A stretch of DNA of 64,000 bases from Antedon mediterranea (lineage: Eukaryota; Animalia; Echinodermata). This document shows positions 47,347 through 61,725 of the stretch, piece after piece. The notes beneath the pieces were generated by a model, which worked only from the letters and a program-made list of their open reading frames with translations, had not been told where the DNA came from and ran no database searches. Where the stretch lies: NCBI RefSeq assembly GCF_964355755.1, contig NC_092674.1:20770001-20834000 (forward strand), read 5' to 3'. Made by a program: the position numbers and the translations under genes. How positions within the stretch are numbered: position 1 is the stretch's first letter; each line of letters starts with the position of its first letter.

Positions 47347-50300
47347 CAGACATTTTTGAGAAGGGGGGTCCGCCGATAAAAAGGGCACATCAGGTATTGA
47401 GTATTTGAGCCACAGCCCCCCCCCCCCCCCATGGTGGGGGTTGTGGCGAAGCGAATTTTGTCACAGGACACACTTAGATGGCCGGAAATGGCACTCTCGC
47501 ACGCAAAATCCATGATAAATGGCACCTTTCTAGTTCGCCGGAAATGACACTTTATTAGCAGGGATAACGATGCATTAAAAGTTGTTATTTTTCAACCAAT
47601 TTAAACATTATCTGTTTTGTTTCAATATTCCAATAAAGAAAGAATTACGAAAATCTGACTTGTAGTTTTCGAAATATAGGGTCTAAAAAATTGCCGAAAA
47701 TGATCGTTTTTAGCCACGAACGTTAACAAATTGCGCCATTTTTCACTAAAATAATTACATATAATTACGTTTTATAGTAATTTCTTTTATATATCAACAT
47801 TGGAAATATCAATAAAATATGTTATTAAATGTTTATAAAATATATAGAGTTGTTTATTTAACGGAATTCGTACAAATTCATTGCTCTAAATTTGTGTAGT
47901 ACCGTTCAGTACAGAGAGATCACGTGACTTCTTGGAACACGCGAGAGAAAACATTCCGCTGTGGGTGATTCGCGTCCACCAATCAAATAGCCAGAATCCA
48001 AAATCATTCAACCGTGAGCTCTGCCGATCGCGGGAAAGCTCAGCTTTGATTGGCTTACGATGACATCATATCACAAAATGGTGGTTTTGTAGTTGAGCCT
48101 CACGTAATTTTCACAAATATTGTTTCAAAAATGAAATAAATGAACCTTCTTTATGGTATGTGTGATTTTTCTTTAAAAGATTTGAATAATAAAGGCTTCA
48201 TATCGAGAAAAAAACATTTTGTTGGCACTTATAATAAATATTTCTCAGAGAAAAAGCACATGGCTTGTAGAACTATATTATCTTGGCGTAGGAAGACAAA
48301 CAAATCCCAGGTCATGAGAGGTTGAATAGTGAAGGACCGTTCGATGATTTTTTAGTAAATAATCTACCGCGTATGGTCGTACGCGCTAGATAGTACGATA
48401 TTTTAACTACATTTTTTACATGTTTGGTTGGATGTAATGGAAATAAAAAATAGTTGATCTGATGGAATGATATGTAAATAAACAAATACTCAAAAGAATT
48501 ATGTTTACAGTTCAATTATTTTCAGAATAATAATACATAAAAATGTGTTTACCAATGGACAAATAATCGCGTCAATGACATATCGCGCATGGTAACGTAC
48601 GCGGAGTTGAATCGTAAAAAGTTTACATGTACCCTCTGTAGTATGTGAAACGATCTATTTTTAGAAGTTTAAGTAGAGATCATCACGCGTCACCACCTCT
48701 CACGATGCTCTTTGATCGGCCGCCGTAACTTAACATCGCGCTCATTGTGATAAATTTCTGTTTTTATTTTTGGGGTTAGTGTAGCCTACTCTGTACACAC
48801 AAATATGTCACACGAATAAAATATTGAACCTCTAAAAAAAGGGCACCCTTAAAATTTAGGGGGGGGGGGTCCGGACCCCGTGGACCCCCCCTCTGAATCC
48901 GCCCCAGCATATACAACCCGGAAATGTTTTATTCTATGACAACTGATAATGTCTTTACCCTACAGGCTCTTCACGTGACTCCTCAATGCATGCACACAAT
49001 TGCTTGTGTGTTGCAGTATGTGTCTTCAATGGCATCAATGATGATTTTTTGGGTGTATTTTCAGCATCTTTCCTCTGTGTATGGTATCGAATATCTTCTT
49101 GAAGTCTATGAAGGTAATAACAGCACTGAGATTATTGGAAGTAATTTCTTCAATGATCCGTCGAAGGGCTAGAATATGTGATACAGTTGATCTGCCCTTC
49201 CTGAATCAATTTTGATTTGTCCTCAGTAGATTATCAATGTGTTTTCTAAGCCTCTTTAAGATCATCCTGTTTAGACAGATGCCTCTATAGTTGCCAGCCT
49301 GACTTAGGTCTCCTGATTTTGGCACAGGGATTAGATTTAGTACAGACCACTGGTCAGGTTTCTGTCTCTCTATTAATGTCCTATTGCAAAACTCAAGGAT
49401 GATGTCATCCATGTCACATTTGGCAAGAAGTTCTGGGGGGATGCAGTCATCTCCAACGCCTTTTCCATTCTTTATGGACTTTTTGGCTTTCTGGTAGGCC
49501 TACTCCTCATTATCAAACTCATCAAAGCTCTTCAAAGATTGGTGGTATTTCTTCATTTTCCTTTGTCACCATTGGTGGATTTCCTAACAGTTTCTTGATG
49601 TGAGTGTACCAATTCTCAATTCTTTCTCCCTTGGACTTTCCTTTCAGTTGTCCTCCTCTTGACCATTTTTTCCCACTGACTTCATTTATTAATTTTCACG
49701 TCATTTTTCTGTATTTTTGGGAGCAATTTTTCAGCAGTTGCTTTGTTAGCTATTATCAGGTTTCCATATTTGGCAGTGGAGCTATTGTCCTCACATATAT
49801 CACTGTAAGCTCAGTCTAATTTTGGTGTTCACAATCCTGTGATTAGATCCAGTAGACGCAAACGAGTTATAAGCTTGTGAGTCCATCACGCTATTCAGCC
49901 ACTTTCTCCTGGTCAAGATGTAGTCAAGTTGCACCTTATACCCACTCGGCAGTATGCAGGTCCAACGCTTAGATTCCTTCTTCTGAAATCTGATATTGGT
50001 TACAAAGAGTTTTCCACAGCAAAGTCATAAAGTAGTTTTCCCCGATCTCGCATTAAAGTCTCCTATTACTCCAAGGAAATTGTGAGGAGGGACATACTTT
50101 GTAGTAGTATTAAGTTCGCTGTAGAATTGTTCTACTTCTTCTTCGTCAGATGTAGTTGTAAGAGAGTATGCAGCGATGACAGTACTTTCTGGATTTCCAC
50201 TAAATGTTGCTTTGATTATTCTTGTACTTTCACAGGTTATGGAGGTCAGTTCTTTGCAGATGGGCTCAACAGAATTCCTACTCCCCCAACTGCAGCTCCA

Positions 50301-51476
50301 GCTCATCTGTGATGTGTTGAAATCCTTCAATGAGATTGTCATACCTTAGCTGTTCATCTGTATACACTATCCTATGTTTCTGGATGCCAAGCACATCAAT
50401 GTTATACTTCTGTGCAAGAATACACAGCTCTAGTTGCTTGTTCAGGCTTCTAATAGTTCTGGTGTTCAATGTTGCAATGTTCACAGTCTTCTTACATTTT
50501 AAAAGACTTGGTTTCCTGAAGCGTTTTCCTCTATCAGTTACTACCCGTCCATCTGGCTTTAAGGCACTAACGTCATAATTTTCACTATGTAGTGAGGGGG
50601 GTATCAGCACCAGCTAAATTGTCAGGGACTTTAACCCTGGTGTAATTAACCAACACTAACAATATTTTCCCCCAGAGCTCCGTCAGTTAATGCAGCTGCG
50701 AAGCCAGACTATCCAGGTGGCACGCGGCTGAGCTATACTACTACTGCACTACATCTCAACCTTCTAGGACGTGGGGTTGGGTACTGTACGATAGACGATT
50801 AGGGACAGATAGATTGATGGAGTTGCCAATGTACCTAACATACGTTGAAGTTTACCACCCAAACAACAAGTTTGGGTGGTAAAGTATAAACATATATATT
50901 GTGAACAATTTGACACCAGAATTAGCTCCCTATGACAAATATTTATTAATGTATGTTATTATAATATAGACTAAACTTATTAAATTATGTCAAAGGTCAA
51001 TGACCACACTTTCGGTCATTTTCAAGCAATATCATCTGTTAAACAGTATATAAATGTATATCTTGGTAACAATTTGTTCCTAGTGTAAGAGCTAATATAA
51101 ACATAAAACATTGTGAACAATTTGACACCAAAATTATCTCACTACCTCCAGTATTCCAGAGATATAGCATATCATGAAATAGCGGCAATTTTGTTTATGC
51201 TAATTATGCAAATTGCTCAATGCTGACAGCCGTCCAGTAAAAAAATTCTTCATATCGAGAATCAAAATACATAAAAAAAAACTATAGAAAACATTGCAAG
51301 GTTAAATCCCTGGCTGTATTTTCATAGATGTTGGAAATTCCACTCCACAAAGACCTAGGCTACGTCATTCTTTTTGACATTGGAATTTCACACTTTTTCC
51401 CATTACATTCAGATCACACACGAATATAGGACATTTACTGTAATCGGTAATTCACTCTTCCCTGCTGTAATTTAAT

Positions 51477-52700
51477 TGGTTATCCGCACTTGGCGGATAA
51501 CCCCTTGTTATTGTCAGGATCTTTTTTATTTTTTTTATTTTTTTTCTCTTTTTTTTTCTATTTTCTTCTTTCTTTCCACGATTTTTGTTCGCAGCGTATC
51601 TCTAATTCTAGTCAACATAAGATTCTATAACTTTGTCATAAGATTGCCCTGTAGCTGTAGATGTGCAAGAAACTTTTTTTTATGAATTTGGAGTCGCGCA
51701 GCGTAAGTTACGCGCGATTTTATGAATTTCAATGATTGATCATAGATTGAAAACCAAAAGTCATTTTCTATTGAAACTTCGTGAAAATTTAAGTTATATC
51801 ATGCGCAAACTTTCTATGGATTAAAAATGGCATGTTTGACATAAAGTTACGCGAGCACGCGCGTTTAAAATTTCAAATTGCGAAATATCCATTTCTAATC
51901 AACTTTCTACGCGTTTCAGGGCATTTTGAGCATTTCAAAAATTCCCAGGCGTGCGCATTTTTTTTACGCGCGCGTGCGCACGTAGCGCAAAAACATCTTT
52001 TTTTTGCTTGATTTTTGTTTTTTCAGCCTTTTCTAGTAAATTTACCAACTTTCAATCAATTTCGATTTAAAATCACGTCATACAAGCACGTAGAATTGAA
52101 CAATTTGCGCGCGTTTTTGAAGAAAAAGTTCAAAAATTTGTCAAAATTATGCCTTTTTTAAAACAGTCATAGATTGTAAACTACGAGGTGAACTTTTTTT
52201 AAATTACACATTCTGGAAGTTGATGAGTTGTAGATATCGAATCATGCATCGATATGGCTAACAGGACATAGTGACGTCATCGTATGGCCACTCGAATATA
52301 AAATATAGGATTTTTGTCTCTTTCGTCATAGCTCATCACATTTAATAGAGCGCATCTCCACTTATCCGAATTCCATTTTCCCCCATTTTTTTATATTGTC
52401 TATGCCAATCAATTATCTTTTGCATGATATACCGTTTTTAAAATTGTGATGACGTCATCATGTCCAAAAGCGCCAATAACTTGGGCCACTTATTTTCACA
52501 TATTCTTCACTGTATGTAGTACGTATACAATGTATAGTGTATACTGTGTATACTTAGGCGTGACGTAAAATAGAGAGCGCACTAACATTTTTTCAATGGC
52601 ATAATGGTTTTCTCTGCACAATATTCTAACGTATGACGTGCACGTGGCGTTTGCTCTGCGGATAACCTAACTCGTCCGTAGTGACGAGTTCAAATCTAGT
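51477..52700 (+). mobile_element. HINE/DINE-like Helentron element inserted at TT with no TSD
   Basis: 5' GGTTATCCGC-ACTTG-GCGGATAACC; 3' TGCGGATAACC, hairpin AACTCGTC-CGTAGT-GACGAGTT and a CTAGT end. Copy 1 has the empty site at ~44215. Confidence 0.9.
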
Positions 52701-52982
52701 TATAATTATACTGGTAATGTTTGGTGGATTTTTTATTTGCATATTTTATGTTTTTAATCGAGTCCACACCACGTAACCTAAAGTTACTAATTATTGAGAC
52801 GCGGAGATAATCATTTATATTAATCTTCAAGTCTTGTATTAATCCTGTTTTCTTTTGTTGTTAAATTATTTATTTTAATAAAAAATTAATTAATCTTTAA
52901 ATTGTAGGCCTACACTTTCAAAGGCATTTTCCTGCCGACAAGCGCCTTGAGGAGCATACAAAACACAATATTAATCACTTAC

Positions 52983-53059
52983 CGTCCTTGTCTTGGGACA
53001 GACTCAGTAGAATCAGCAAATAAAAGAAATAATAGTACAGGAAACAATAACTTCGTCAT
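52983..53059 (-). CDS. Signal-peptide exon B2 (duplicate of B1)
   Basis: Identical to 44498-44574. Confidence 0.65.
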
Positions 53060-56000
53060 TCTGTAGCTCTTTGTGATAATTCTAGTGACGTTTTAATACA
53101 AGAGACTAGAGGCTCACTTACTTGTATTAGATTGAAGCTAACAATAACATGACGACGCATATTATTATTGTATATTGGAAATTCCCCAAGTCTTCGCATA
53201 TCTGGGGCGGATCCAGTGGCCGTATTCACCAATCTCACTTAGGCTAAGGGAAATACTTACCCTTAAAATTTAAGAATTCCCTTAACAAAGGGAAACACTT
53301 AAGGGGTATTCACAAATGAGTTAAGGGATTCACTTACCTAAGGAAAACACTTAATGTAAGGGTAAAACTTAAGGGTAAAAATAATCATAAATATTCATGA
53401 GTTATCCCATTGTCCAATCACAGAGGATTTAATTCCCCTATGGTCCAATCACTTTCCTCTCTAAAACTAATTTGCATATTTAAAAAATGAGTAAGGGGTT
53501 GGGGGGACGGGGAGGATGAAGAGAAAAGTGTATAGACGATGGCAGTCAAAACAAAAACAAGTAGGCCTAAATGAATATTAAACCTAGACTAATTTGTATG
53601 AGGATCAAGAAAAATAGGTCTAGCCTAGATGCTACTCTAACAAACCAACATTCTGTGTAGGCCTAAACCTGTCTGTATTGAGTCACATCCTAGGCTGGTT
53701 ACTGGACAGACCAACAGGGGGCCTAGCTAGCGTCTCTACCTAGCCTACTAGAATGGGGCTAATTTCTATTACAACGAAATGGGAAGCCATCTTCCACAAA
53801 AATAATGGCAGTCAAAACAAAACAAATAAATCAATATATAGGCATAGACTAATTTGTATGGGTGGGGATCAGCAGAAAAAGGTCTAGATGCTACTCAAAC
53901 CAAACATGAATCCTAGGCCGGTTAGTGGGCAGACCAACAGGGGGCCTAGCATCTCTACCTAGCCTAGACTGGGGCCATCTACAAGTAGGCATAGTACTCG
54001 CACATACAGAATCGTCAGCACAACCAAGGTACTGAATAGTTAAGGGAACTTTTAAGGGACCTCTGAGGTCCCTTAAAAGTTAAGGGGAAAATAGACCAAG
54101 TTAAGGGTTAAATAGACCAAGTTAAGGGTAATTCCCTTAACCTTAAACCCTTTGTGAATACCACTTAAGTGAAACCCTTAATATTTTCTTGATTTAAGGG
54201 AAATCCTTAGGATTTAAGGCAGGGGTGGCGCCAGGATCTTCCCGACGCGGGGGCTACATTCCCCGACGAGGGGGCTATGCGAGCGAAGCGAGCATCACTA
54301 GGCTGAGGACCAGGGGCCGCCAAGGGCCCCCGGTGGGGGTCCAGGGGGCGAAGCCCCCGGAAGCAACGCGTTCTAGCGTCATTTGAGGTCTTTTTAATCA
54401 GATTTAGGGTAGCCATTTTTTCCATTTTTTATAATGCATAAATAAAATACTGCGTGCAAAAAAACGATGCGCGATTACTGTTTCAATCCATATTTTTCAA
54501 TTTAAAAAATAAAAGTTCAAAGAAAATTTAGAAAAATAGAGTTGGAGGTCCCGGAAATTGGACTTATTATACTTCAAAACATGAAACAAAATATATAAGT
54601 CCCTATCATGGTTGTGACTGAGCTAAGAAATGTTTGAAAAATAGAGATGTTAGGTCCCGGAAAATGCACTTCTTGTACTTCGAAATATGACCAGCTTTAT
54701 TGTTGGGGCTGAGCTAAGAAAATGTTTAAAACTAGAGCTGCAGGTCTTCAAAAAATTGCATTTTATACTTTGGAAACATCAGGCCTAGAGGCTTAAAAAA
54801 CGCAAGCGTAGACCTTTTTTAGTCGGGGAAATAAGTTTATTCCTCCCAAGTGTATGCGTGCGTACCATCTGGACTTCCGAGTGGTGAGAAATTCATGACA
54901 TACAGGACATTGAAAATGTAATAACTTAGCTATAATAAGATGTTGGCTAAGCGAAAATGGCATGTTTTTTTATTTAGTAATGGATGAAAAATTTATTTTA
55001 GGTGCCCCACGGTACAGAAGGTTACTTGTAAATTAAAAAATTGGTGAACATACGAACAATTAACATAATTCGTTTTTGCTGTGTGTAGCGTACGTCGACG
55101 CAGTACACGACGTAACCGTCGGTAAACTTCGCCTGGAAAATAACTACAGTACACTTTTTGGTCCCTGAATGGAACATGATATCACGCGTCTCGACCCAAC
55201 GTTGAACGATTCGTACAAAGGGATACCGCCAGAAAAGTGCGAACCTAGCTATTGTTTAGTAGTAAGTTAGATCGCTGGCAATAATGAATGCATATAAAGT
55301 GCATAATATCACTCTGACGTACTCTCACGGTCAATGAAACGTCGCGGTTTTCTTGGCGCTGAAGCTAGAGCTACGAAGTGAACGCGAACGCTTTTTACTG
55401 TAGATTATATTCCCCGACAAAAAGTACCCGTGTTCCCTTCGGTAACCATCGGTAAACTTCGCCTGGAAAATAACTACATTACACATTTTGGTCCCTGGAT
55501 GGAACTTGATATCACGCGTCTCGACCCAACGTTGAACGATTCGTACAAAGGGATACCGCCAGACAAGTGCGTACCTAGCTAATGTTTAGTAGTAAGTTAG
55601 ATCGCTGGCAATAATGAATGTCAATGGAACGTCGTGGTTTTCTAGGCGCTGAAGCTGTATGAAGTGAACGCGAACGTTTTTTTACTGTATATTATTATTC
55701 CCCGACAAAAAGTACCCGTGTTCCCCGACGAGGGGGGCTAGGCTCCCCGACGAGGGGGCTAGAGCCCCCGTAGCCCCCCCCCCCCCCCCCCCCCGCTGGC
55801 GCCACCACTGATTTAAGGGAAATATCTCACTTAAGTGTGATTGGTGAATACGGCCACAGACATTTTTGAGAAGGGGGGTCCGCCGATAAAAAGGGCACAT
55901 CAGGTATTGAGTATTTGAGCCACAGCCCCCCCCCCCCCCCATGGTGGGGGTTGTGGCGAAGCGAATTTTGTCACAGGACACACTTAGATGGCCGGAAATG

Positions 56001-59000
56001 GCACTCTCGCACGCAAAATCCATGATAAATGGCACCTTTCTAGTTCGCCGGAAATGACACTTTATTAGCAGGGATAACGATGCATTAAAAGTTGTTATTT
56101 TTCAACCAATTTAAACATTATCTGTTTTGTTTCAATATTCCAATAAAGAAAGAATTACGAAAATCTGACTTGTAGTTTTCGAAATATAGGGTCTAAAAAA
56201 TTGCCGAAAATGATCGTTTTTAGCCACGAACGTTAACAAATTGCGCCATTTTTCACTAAAATAATTACATATAATTACGTTTTATAGTAATTTCTTTTAT
56301 ATATCAACATTGGAAATATCAATAAAATATGTTATTAAATGTTTATAAAATATATAGAGTTGTTTATTTAACGGAATTCGTACAAATTCATTGCTCTAAA
56401 TTTGTGTAGTACCGTTCAGTACAGAGAGATCACGTGACTTCTTGGTACACGCGAGAGAAAACATTCCGCTGTGGGTGATTCGCGTCCACCAATCAAATAG
56501 CCAGAATCCAAAATCATTCAACCGTGAGCTCTGCCGATCGCGGGAAAGCTCAGCTTTGATTGGCTTACGATGACATCATATCACAAAATGGTGGTTTTGT
56601 AGTTGAGCCTCACGTAATTTTCACAAATATTGTTTCAAAAATGAAATAAATGAACCTTCTTTATGGTATGTGTGATTTTTCTTTAAAAGATTTGAATAAT
56701 AAAGGCTTCATATCGAGAAAAAAACATTTTGTTGGCACTTATAATAAATATTTCTCAGAGAAAAAAGCACATGGCTTGTAGAACTATATTATCTTGGCGT
56801 AGGAAGACAAACAAATCCCAGGTCATGAGAGGTTGAATAGTGTAAGGACCGTTCGATGATTTTTTAGTAAATAATCTACCGCGTATGGTCGTACGCGCTA
56901 GATAGTACGATATTTTAACTACATTTTTTACATGTTTGGTTGGATGTAATGGAAATAAAAAATAGTTGATCTGATGGAATGATATGTAAATAAACAAATA
57001 CTCAAAAGAATTATGTTTACAGTTCAATTATTTTCAGAATAATAATACATAAAAATGTGTTTACCAATGGACAAATAATCGCGTCAATGACATATCGCGC
57101 ATGGTAACGTACGCGGAGTTGAATCGTAAAAAGTTTACATGTACCCTCTGTAGTATGTGAAACGATCTATTTTTAGAAGTTTAAGTAGAGATCATCACGC
57201 GTCACCACCTCTCACGATGCTCTTTGATCGGCCGCCGTAACTTAACATCGCGCTCATTGTGATAAATTTCTGTTTTTATTTTTGGGGTTAGTGTAGCCTA
57301 CTCTGTACACACAAATATGTCACACGAATAAAATATTGAACCTCTAAAAAAAGGGCACCCTTAAAATTTAGGGGGGGGGGGGGTCCGGACCCCGTGGACC
57401 CCCCCTCTGAATCCGCCCCAGCATATACAACCCGGAAATGTTTTATTCTATGACAACTGATAATGTCTTTACCCTACAGGCTCTTCACGTGACTCCTCAA
57501 TGCATTAAATTTCAGTTAGCGCACAGTTAAGTGAGTGTAATGCTGTTGATCAGAGTATTCATTAGTTGAAATCCCGTTGAAATCTTATCTATACAATTCA
57601 TTGCCATTTTGGTTAGTGTTCGGATATTGACAGAAAAAACGAATTTTGTATAAAGATCTGGTAAATAGCAATTCGTATAGAGGAAAGTTTATTCTAATCA
57701 TAAAAAATAACAAGGCCTCAAAATATGTATGTAGTTAATACCCGATAGGCCATATTTATAATTAAATAGAGCATTACGTTAAGTTACACAAAATATTTAC
57801 TACTGATTGTTAAACTAAATAGAATACCAAAACAGTATAAAAAACATCGCTCTTAATGAAGAATTAAAAACAATAATTAAAACTGTTAAGTCAAAATATA
57901 ATTGCTGAAAAACAGTACAAATGTTGAGTACATCTTAAACAAAAGTTACAAATATTACGATTCAAATCGGTAAAATATACGTTTATTTAAATGTAATTGG
58001 TTGATGATTCCACTTTCTCTTCATAGAGTTAATTCTCTCAACACAGCATTCCTTATATGTTTCATTCTGATAGTTAATGCAAAACCTTTGGGAAATATAA
58101 TACCTTTTGAAACAAGAGCTTTTCGATCGCAATTTTTTAACTTTCGGATCGAGTTAGGCTTCCGGGTACGGGATGAGTTCTACTGGCAGTAATATTATAA
58201 ACAAAAAAAGAAATCGCCAGCCAATGCCTAAATCAGGGAGTTGTTATTGTATATTATTGTAGAAACTTTAGTCGTGGATTGGAGAATATATTATTATTAG
58301 TAAAATGTGTAATATTTATCGTTGAATAATATTTCTACGGAAAATTTAAAATTAAACGTATTAAATTATTTTTTATTATGCCTGTTTTTTAAGTGTTCAA
58401 TTCAATAGTTTTTTTTAATATGGCTAAGATGCGGTTTGTCATGCATCTAATTTTCCCTAACAGAAATGTGTAGTACTGTACCTGGTGATTGGCTACCAGT
58501 TATGTCATCTACATATTATAAGCTCATCACCTGTCCTAAGCTTAACAGCGCATGGGCGGCAAGTCCTTCTCTTTCATTTTTCCATTGTGTATGCTATCAA
58601 TTAACATTATTTTTTTTGTCTGGGACTCCCCCGGAGTCAGCTTAACAGCGCATGGCCGGCAAGTCCATTATGTTGTTGTGTGGTACAATTTTATATGAGC
58701 CTCAAGTTTACTCATTATTACAGTTTCGAGAACTATGCGTGTACAAAAAGGAGTTTGTATTTAGGAGACGATTCCATACACCCAGCCTGGACGAACTTAC
58801 TCCCCGAATCTTTACCAACTCTCAACATTCTGACAGCAGTGATCATTATTAAAAAGTATTTAATTTACATTACTGACTTCACTTTTCGCCTAATTAAATA
58901 AAAATACAGTATATATATTGAAAAAGAAACAACATAAGAAAAACTGTAAACTATTTATTGTATTTTATTATAGTTTTATTGTATGCTTTATAGAAATATA

Positions 59001-59149
59001 CATACTGTATATTTTATTTAAACATAATTGAAAATATTGTCTACAATTAGCTAAATTTGATTGAATGGGGGTGAATATTATATTACATTACAGTAAGTAA
59101 TGAAACGCTATTTTTTGGTTCAATCACTAATATTCATCCTTATACAGTT

Positions 59150-61725
59150 AGGTATAAAGGTTTCATCCCTAATATTCATCCCTATATGGTATATGGTTTC
59201 ATCCCTTATTCATCCATATACGGTATATGGTTTCATCCCTTATTCATCCATATATGGTATGGTTTCATCCCTTATTCATCCATATACGGTATGGTTTCAT
59301 CCCTTATTCATCCATATACGGTATATGGTTTCATCCCTTATTCATCCATATACGGTATGGTTTCATCCCTAATATTCATCCATATACGGTATGGTTTCAT
59401 CCCTTATTCATCCATATACGGTATGGTTTCATCCCTTATTCATCCATATACGGTATGGTTTCATCCCTTATTCATCCATATACGGTATGGTTTCATCCCT
59501 TATTCATCCATATACGGTATGGTTTCATCCCTTATTCATCCATATACGGTATGGTTTCATCCCTTATTCATCCATATACGGTATGGTTTCATCCCTTATT
59601 CATCCATATACGGTATGGTTTCATCCCTTATTCATCCATATACGGTATGGTTTCATCCCTTATTCATCCATATACGGTATGGTTTCATCCCTTATTCATC
59701 CATATACGGTATGGTTTCATCCCTTATTCATCCATATACGGTATGGTTTCATCCCTTATTCATCCATATACGGTATATGGTTTCATCTCTTATTCATCCA
59801 TATATGGTATGGTTTCATCCCTTATTCATCCATATATGGTATATGGTTTCATCTCTTATTCATCCATATACGGTATGGTTTCATCCCTTATTCATCCATA
59901 TACGGTATGGTTTCATCCCTTATTCATCCATATACGGTATATGGTTTCATCCCTTATTCATCCATATACGGTATGGTTTCATCCCTTATTCATCCATATA
60001 CGGTATATGGTTTCATCCCTTATTCATCCATATACGGTATGGTTTCATCCCTTATTCATCCATATACGGTATGGTTTCATCCCTTATTCATCCATATACG
60101 GTATGGTTTCATCCCTTATTCATCCATATACGGTATGGTTTCATCCCTTATTCATCCATATACGGTATGGTTTCATCCCTTATTCATCCATATACGGTAT
60201 GGTTTCATCCCTTATTCATCCATATACGGTATATGGTTTCATCCCTTATTCATCCATATACGGTATATGGTTTCATCCCTTATTCATCCATATACGGTAT
60301 GGTTTCATCCCTTATTCATCCATATACGGTATGGTTTCATCCCTTATTCATCCATATACGGTATATGGTTTCATCCCTTATTCATCCATATACGGTATGG
60401 TTTCATCCCTTATTCATCCATATACGGTATGGTTTCATCCCTTATTCATCCATATACGGTATGGTTTCATCCCTTATTCATCCATATACGGTATATGGTT
60501 TCATCCCTTATTCATCCATATACGGTATATGGTTTCATCCCTTATTCATCCATATACGGTATGGTTTCATCCCTTATTCATCCATATACGGTATGGTTTC
60601 ATCCCTTATTCATCCATATACGGTATGGTTTCATCCCTTATTCATCCATATATGGTATATGGTTTCATCCCTTATTCATCCATATACGGTATGGTTTCAT
60701 CCCTTATTCATCCATATACGGTATGGTTTCATCCCTTATTCATCCATATACGGTATGGTTTCATCCCTTATTCATCCATATATGGTATATGGTTTCATCC
60801 CTTATTCATCCATATACGGTATGGTTTCATCCCTTATTCATCCATATACGGTATGGTTTCATCCCTTATTCATCCATATACGGTATGGTTTCATCCCTTA
60901 TTCATCCATATACGGTATGGTTTCATCCCTTATTCATCCATATATGGTATATGGTTTCATCCCTTATTCATCCATATACGGTATGGTTTCATCCCTTATT
61001 CATCCATATACGGTATGGTTTCATCTCTTATTCATCCATATACGGTATATGGTTTCATCCCTTATTCATCCATATACGGTATGGTTTCATCCCTTATTCA
61101 TCCATATACGGTATGGTTTCATCCCTTATTCATCCATATATGGTATATGGTTTCATCCCTTATTCATCCATATACGGTATGGTTTCATCCCTTATTCATC
61201 CATATACGGTATGGTTTCATCCCTTATTCATCCATATACGGTATGGTTTCATCCCTTATTCATCCATATATGGTATATGGTTTCATCCCTTATTCATCCA
61301 TATACGGTATGGTTTCATCCCTTATTCATCCATATACGGTATGGTTACATCCCTTATTCATCCATATACGGTATATGGTTTCATCTCTTATTCATCCATA
61401 CATGGTATATGATTTCATCCCTTATTCATCCATATACGGTATGGTTTCATCCCTTATTCATCCATATACAGTACGGTTTCATCCCTAATATTCATCCATA
61501 TATGGTATATGGTTTCATCCCTTATTCATCCATATACGGTATGGTTTCATCCCTTATTCATCCATACACGGTATATGGTTTCATCCCTTATTCATCCATA
61601 TACGGTATGGTTTCATCCCTTATTCATCCATATATGGTATATGGTTTCATCCCTTATTCATCCATATACGGTATGGTTTCATCCCTTATTCATCCATATA
61701 TGGTATATGGTTTCATCCTTAATAT
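59150..61725. repeat. 32-bp satellite (ATGGTTTCATCCCTTATTCATCCATATACGGT)n, roughly 80 units, with 34-bp variants
   Basis: Period read directly (e.g. 59401 to 59433). Variants carry an extra AT and a C>T change. Confidence 0.97.

Larger units (their letters stand above)
44717..48907. mobile_element. Outer MITE-like element (CTGGGGCGGATCCAG TIR; CATAT TSD)
   Basis: Ends CTGGGGCGGATCCAG and CTGAATCCGCCCCAG are flanked by CATAT. Second copy at 53202-57421. Confidence 0.75.
41741..48991. repeat. Tandem segmental duplication, copy 1 (7.25 kb)
   Basis: Near-identical to 49002-57505; the ORF track is duplicated at offsets of 7261 and then 8485. Confidence 0.97.
49002..57505. repeat. Tandem segmental duplication, copy 2 (includes a 1224-bp insertion)
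   Basis: Begins inside the RTE RT region and ends at CCTCAATGCAT, as copy 1 does. Only a few SNPs and indels separate the copies. Confidence 0.97.
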
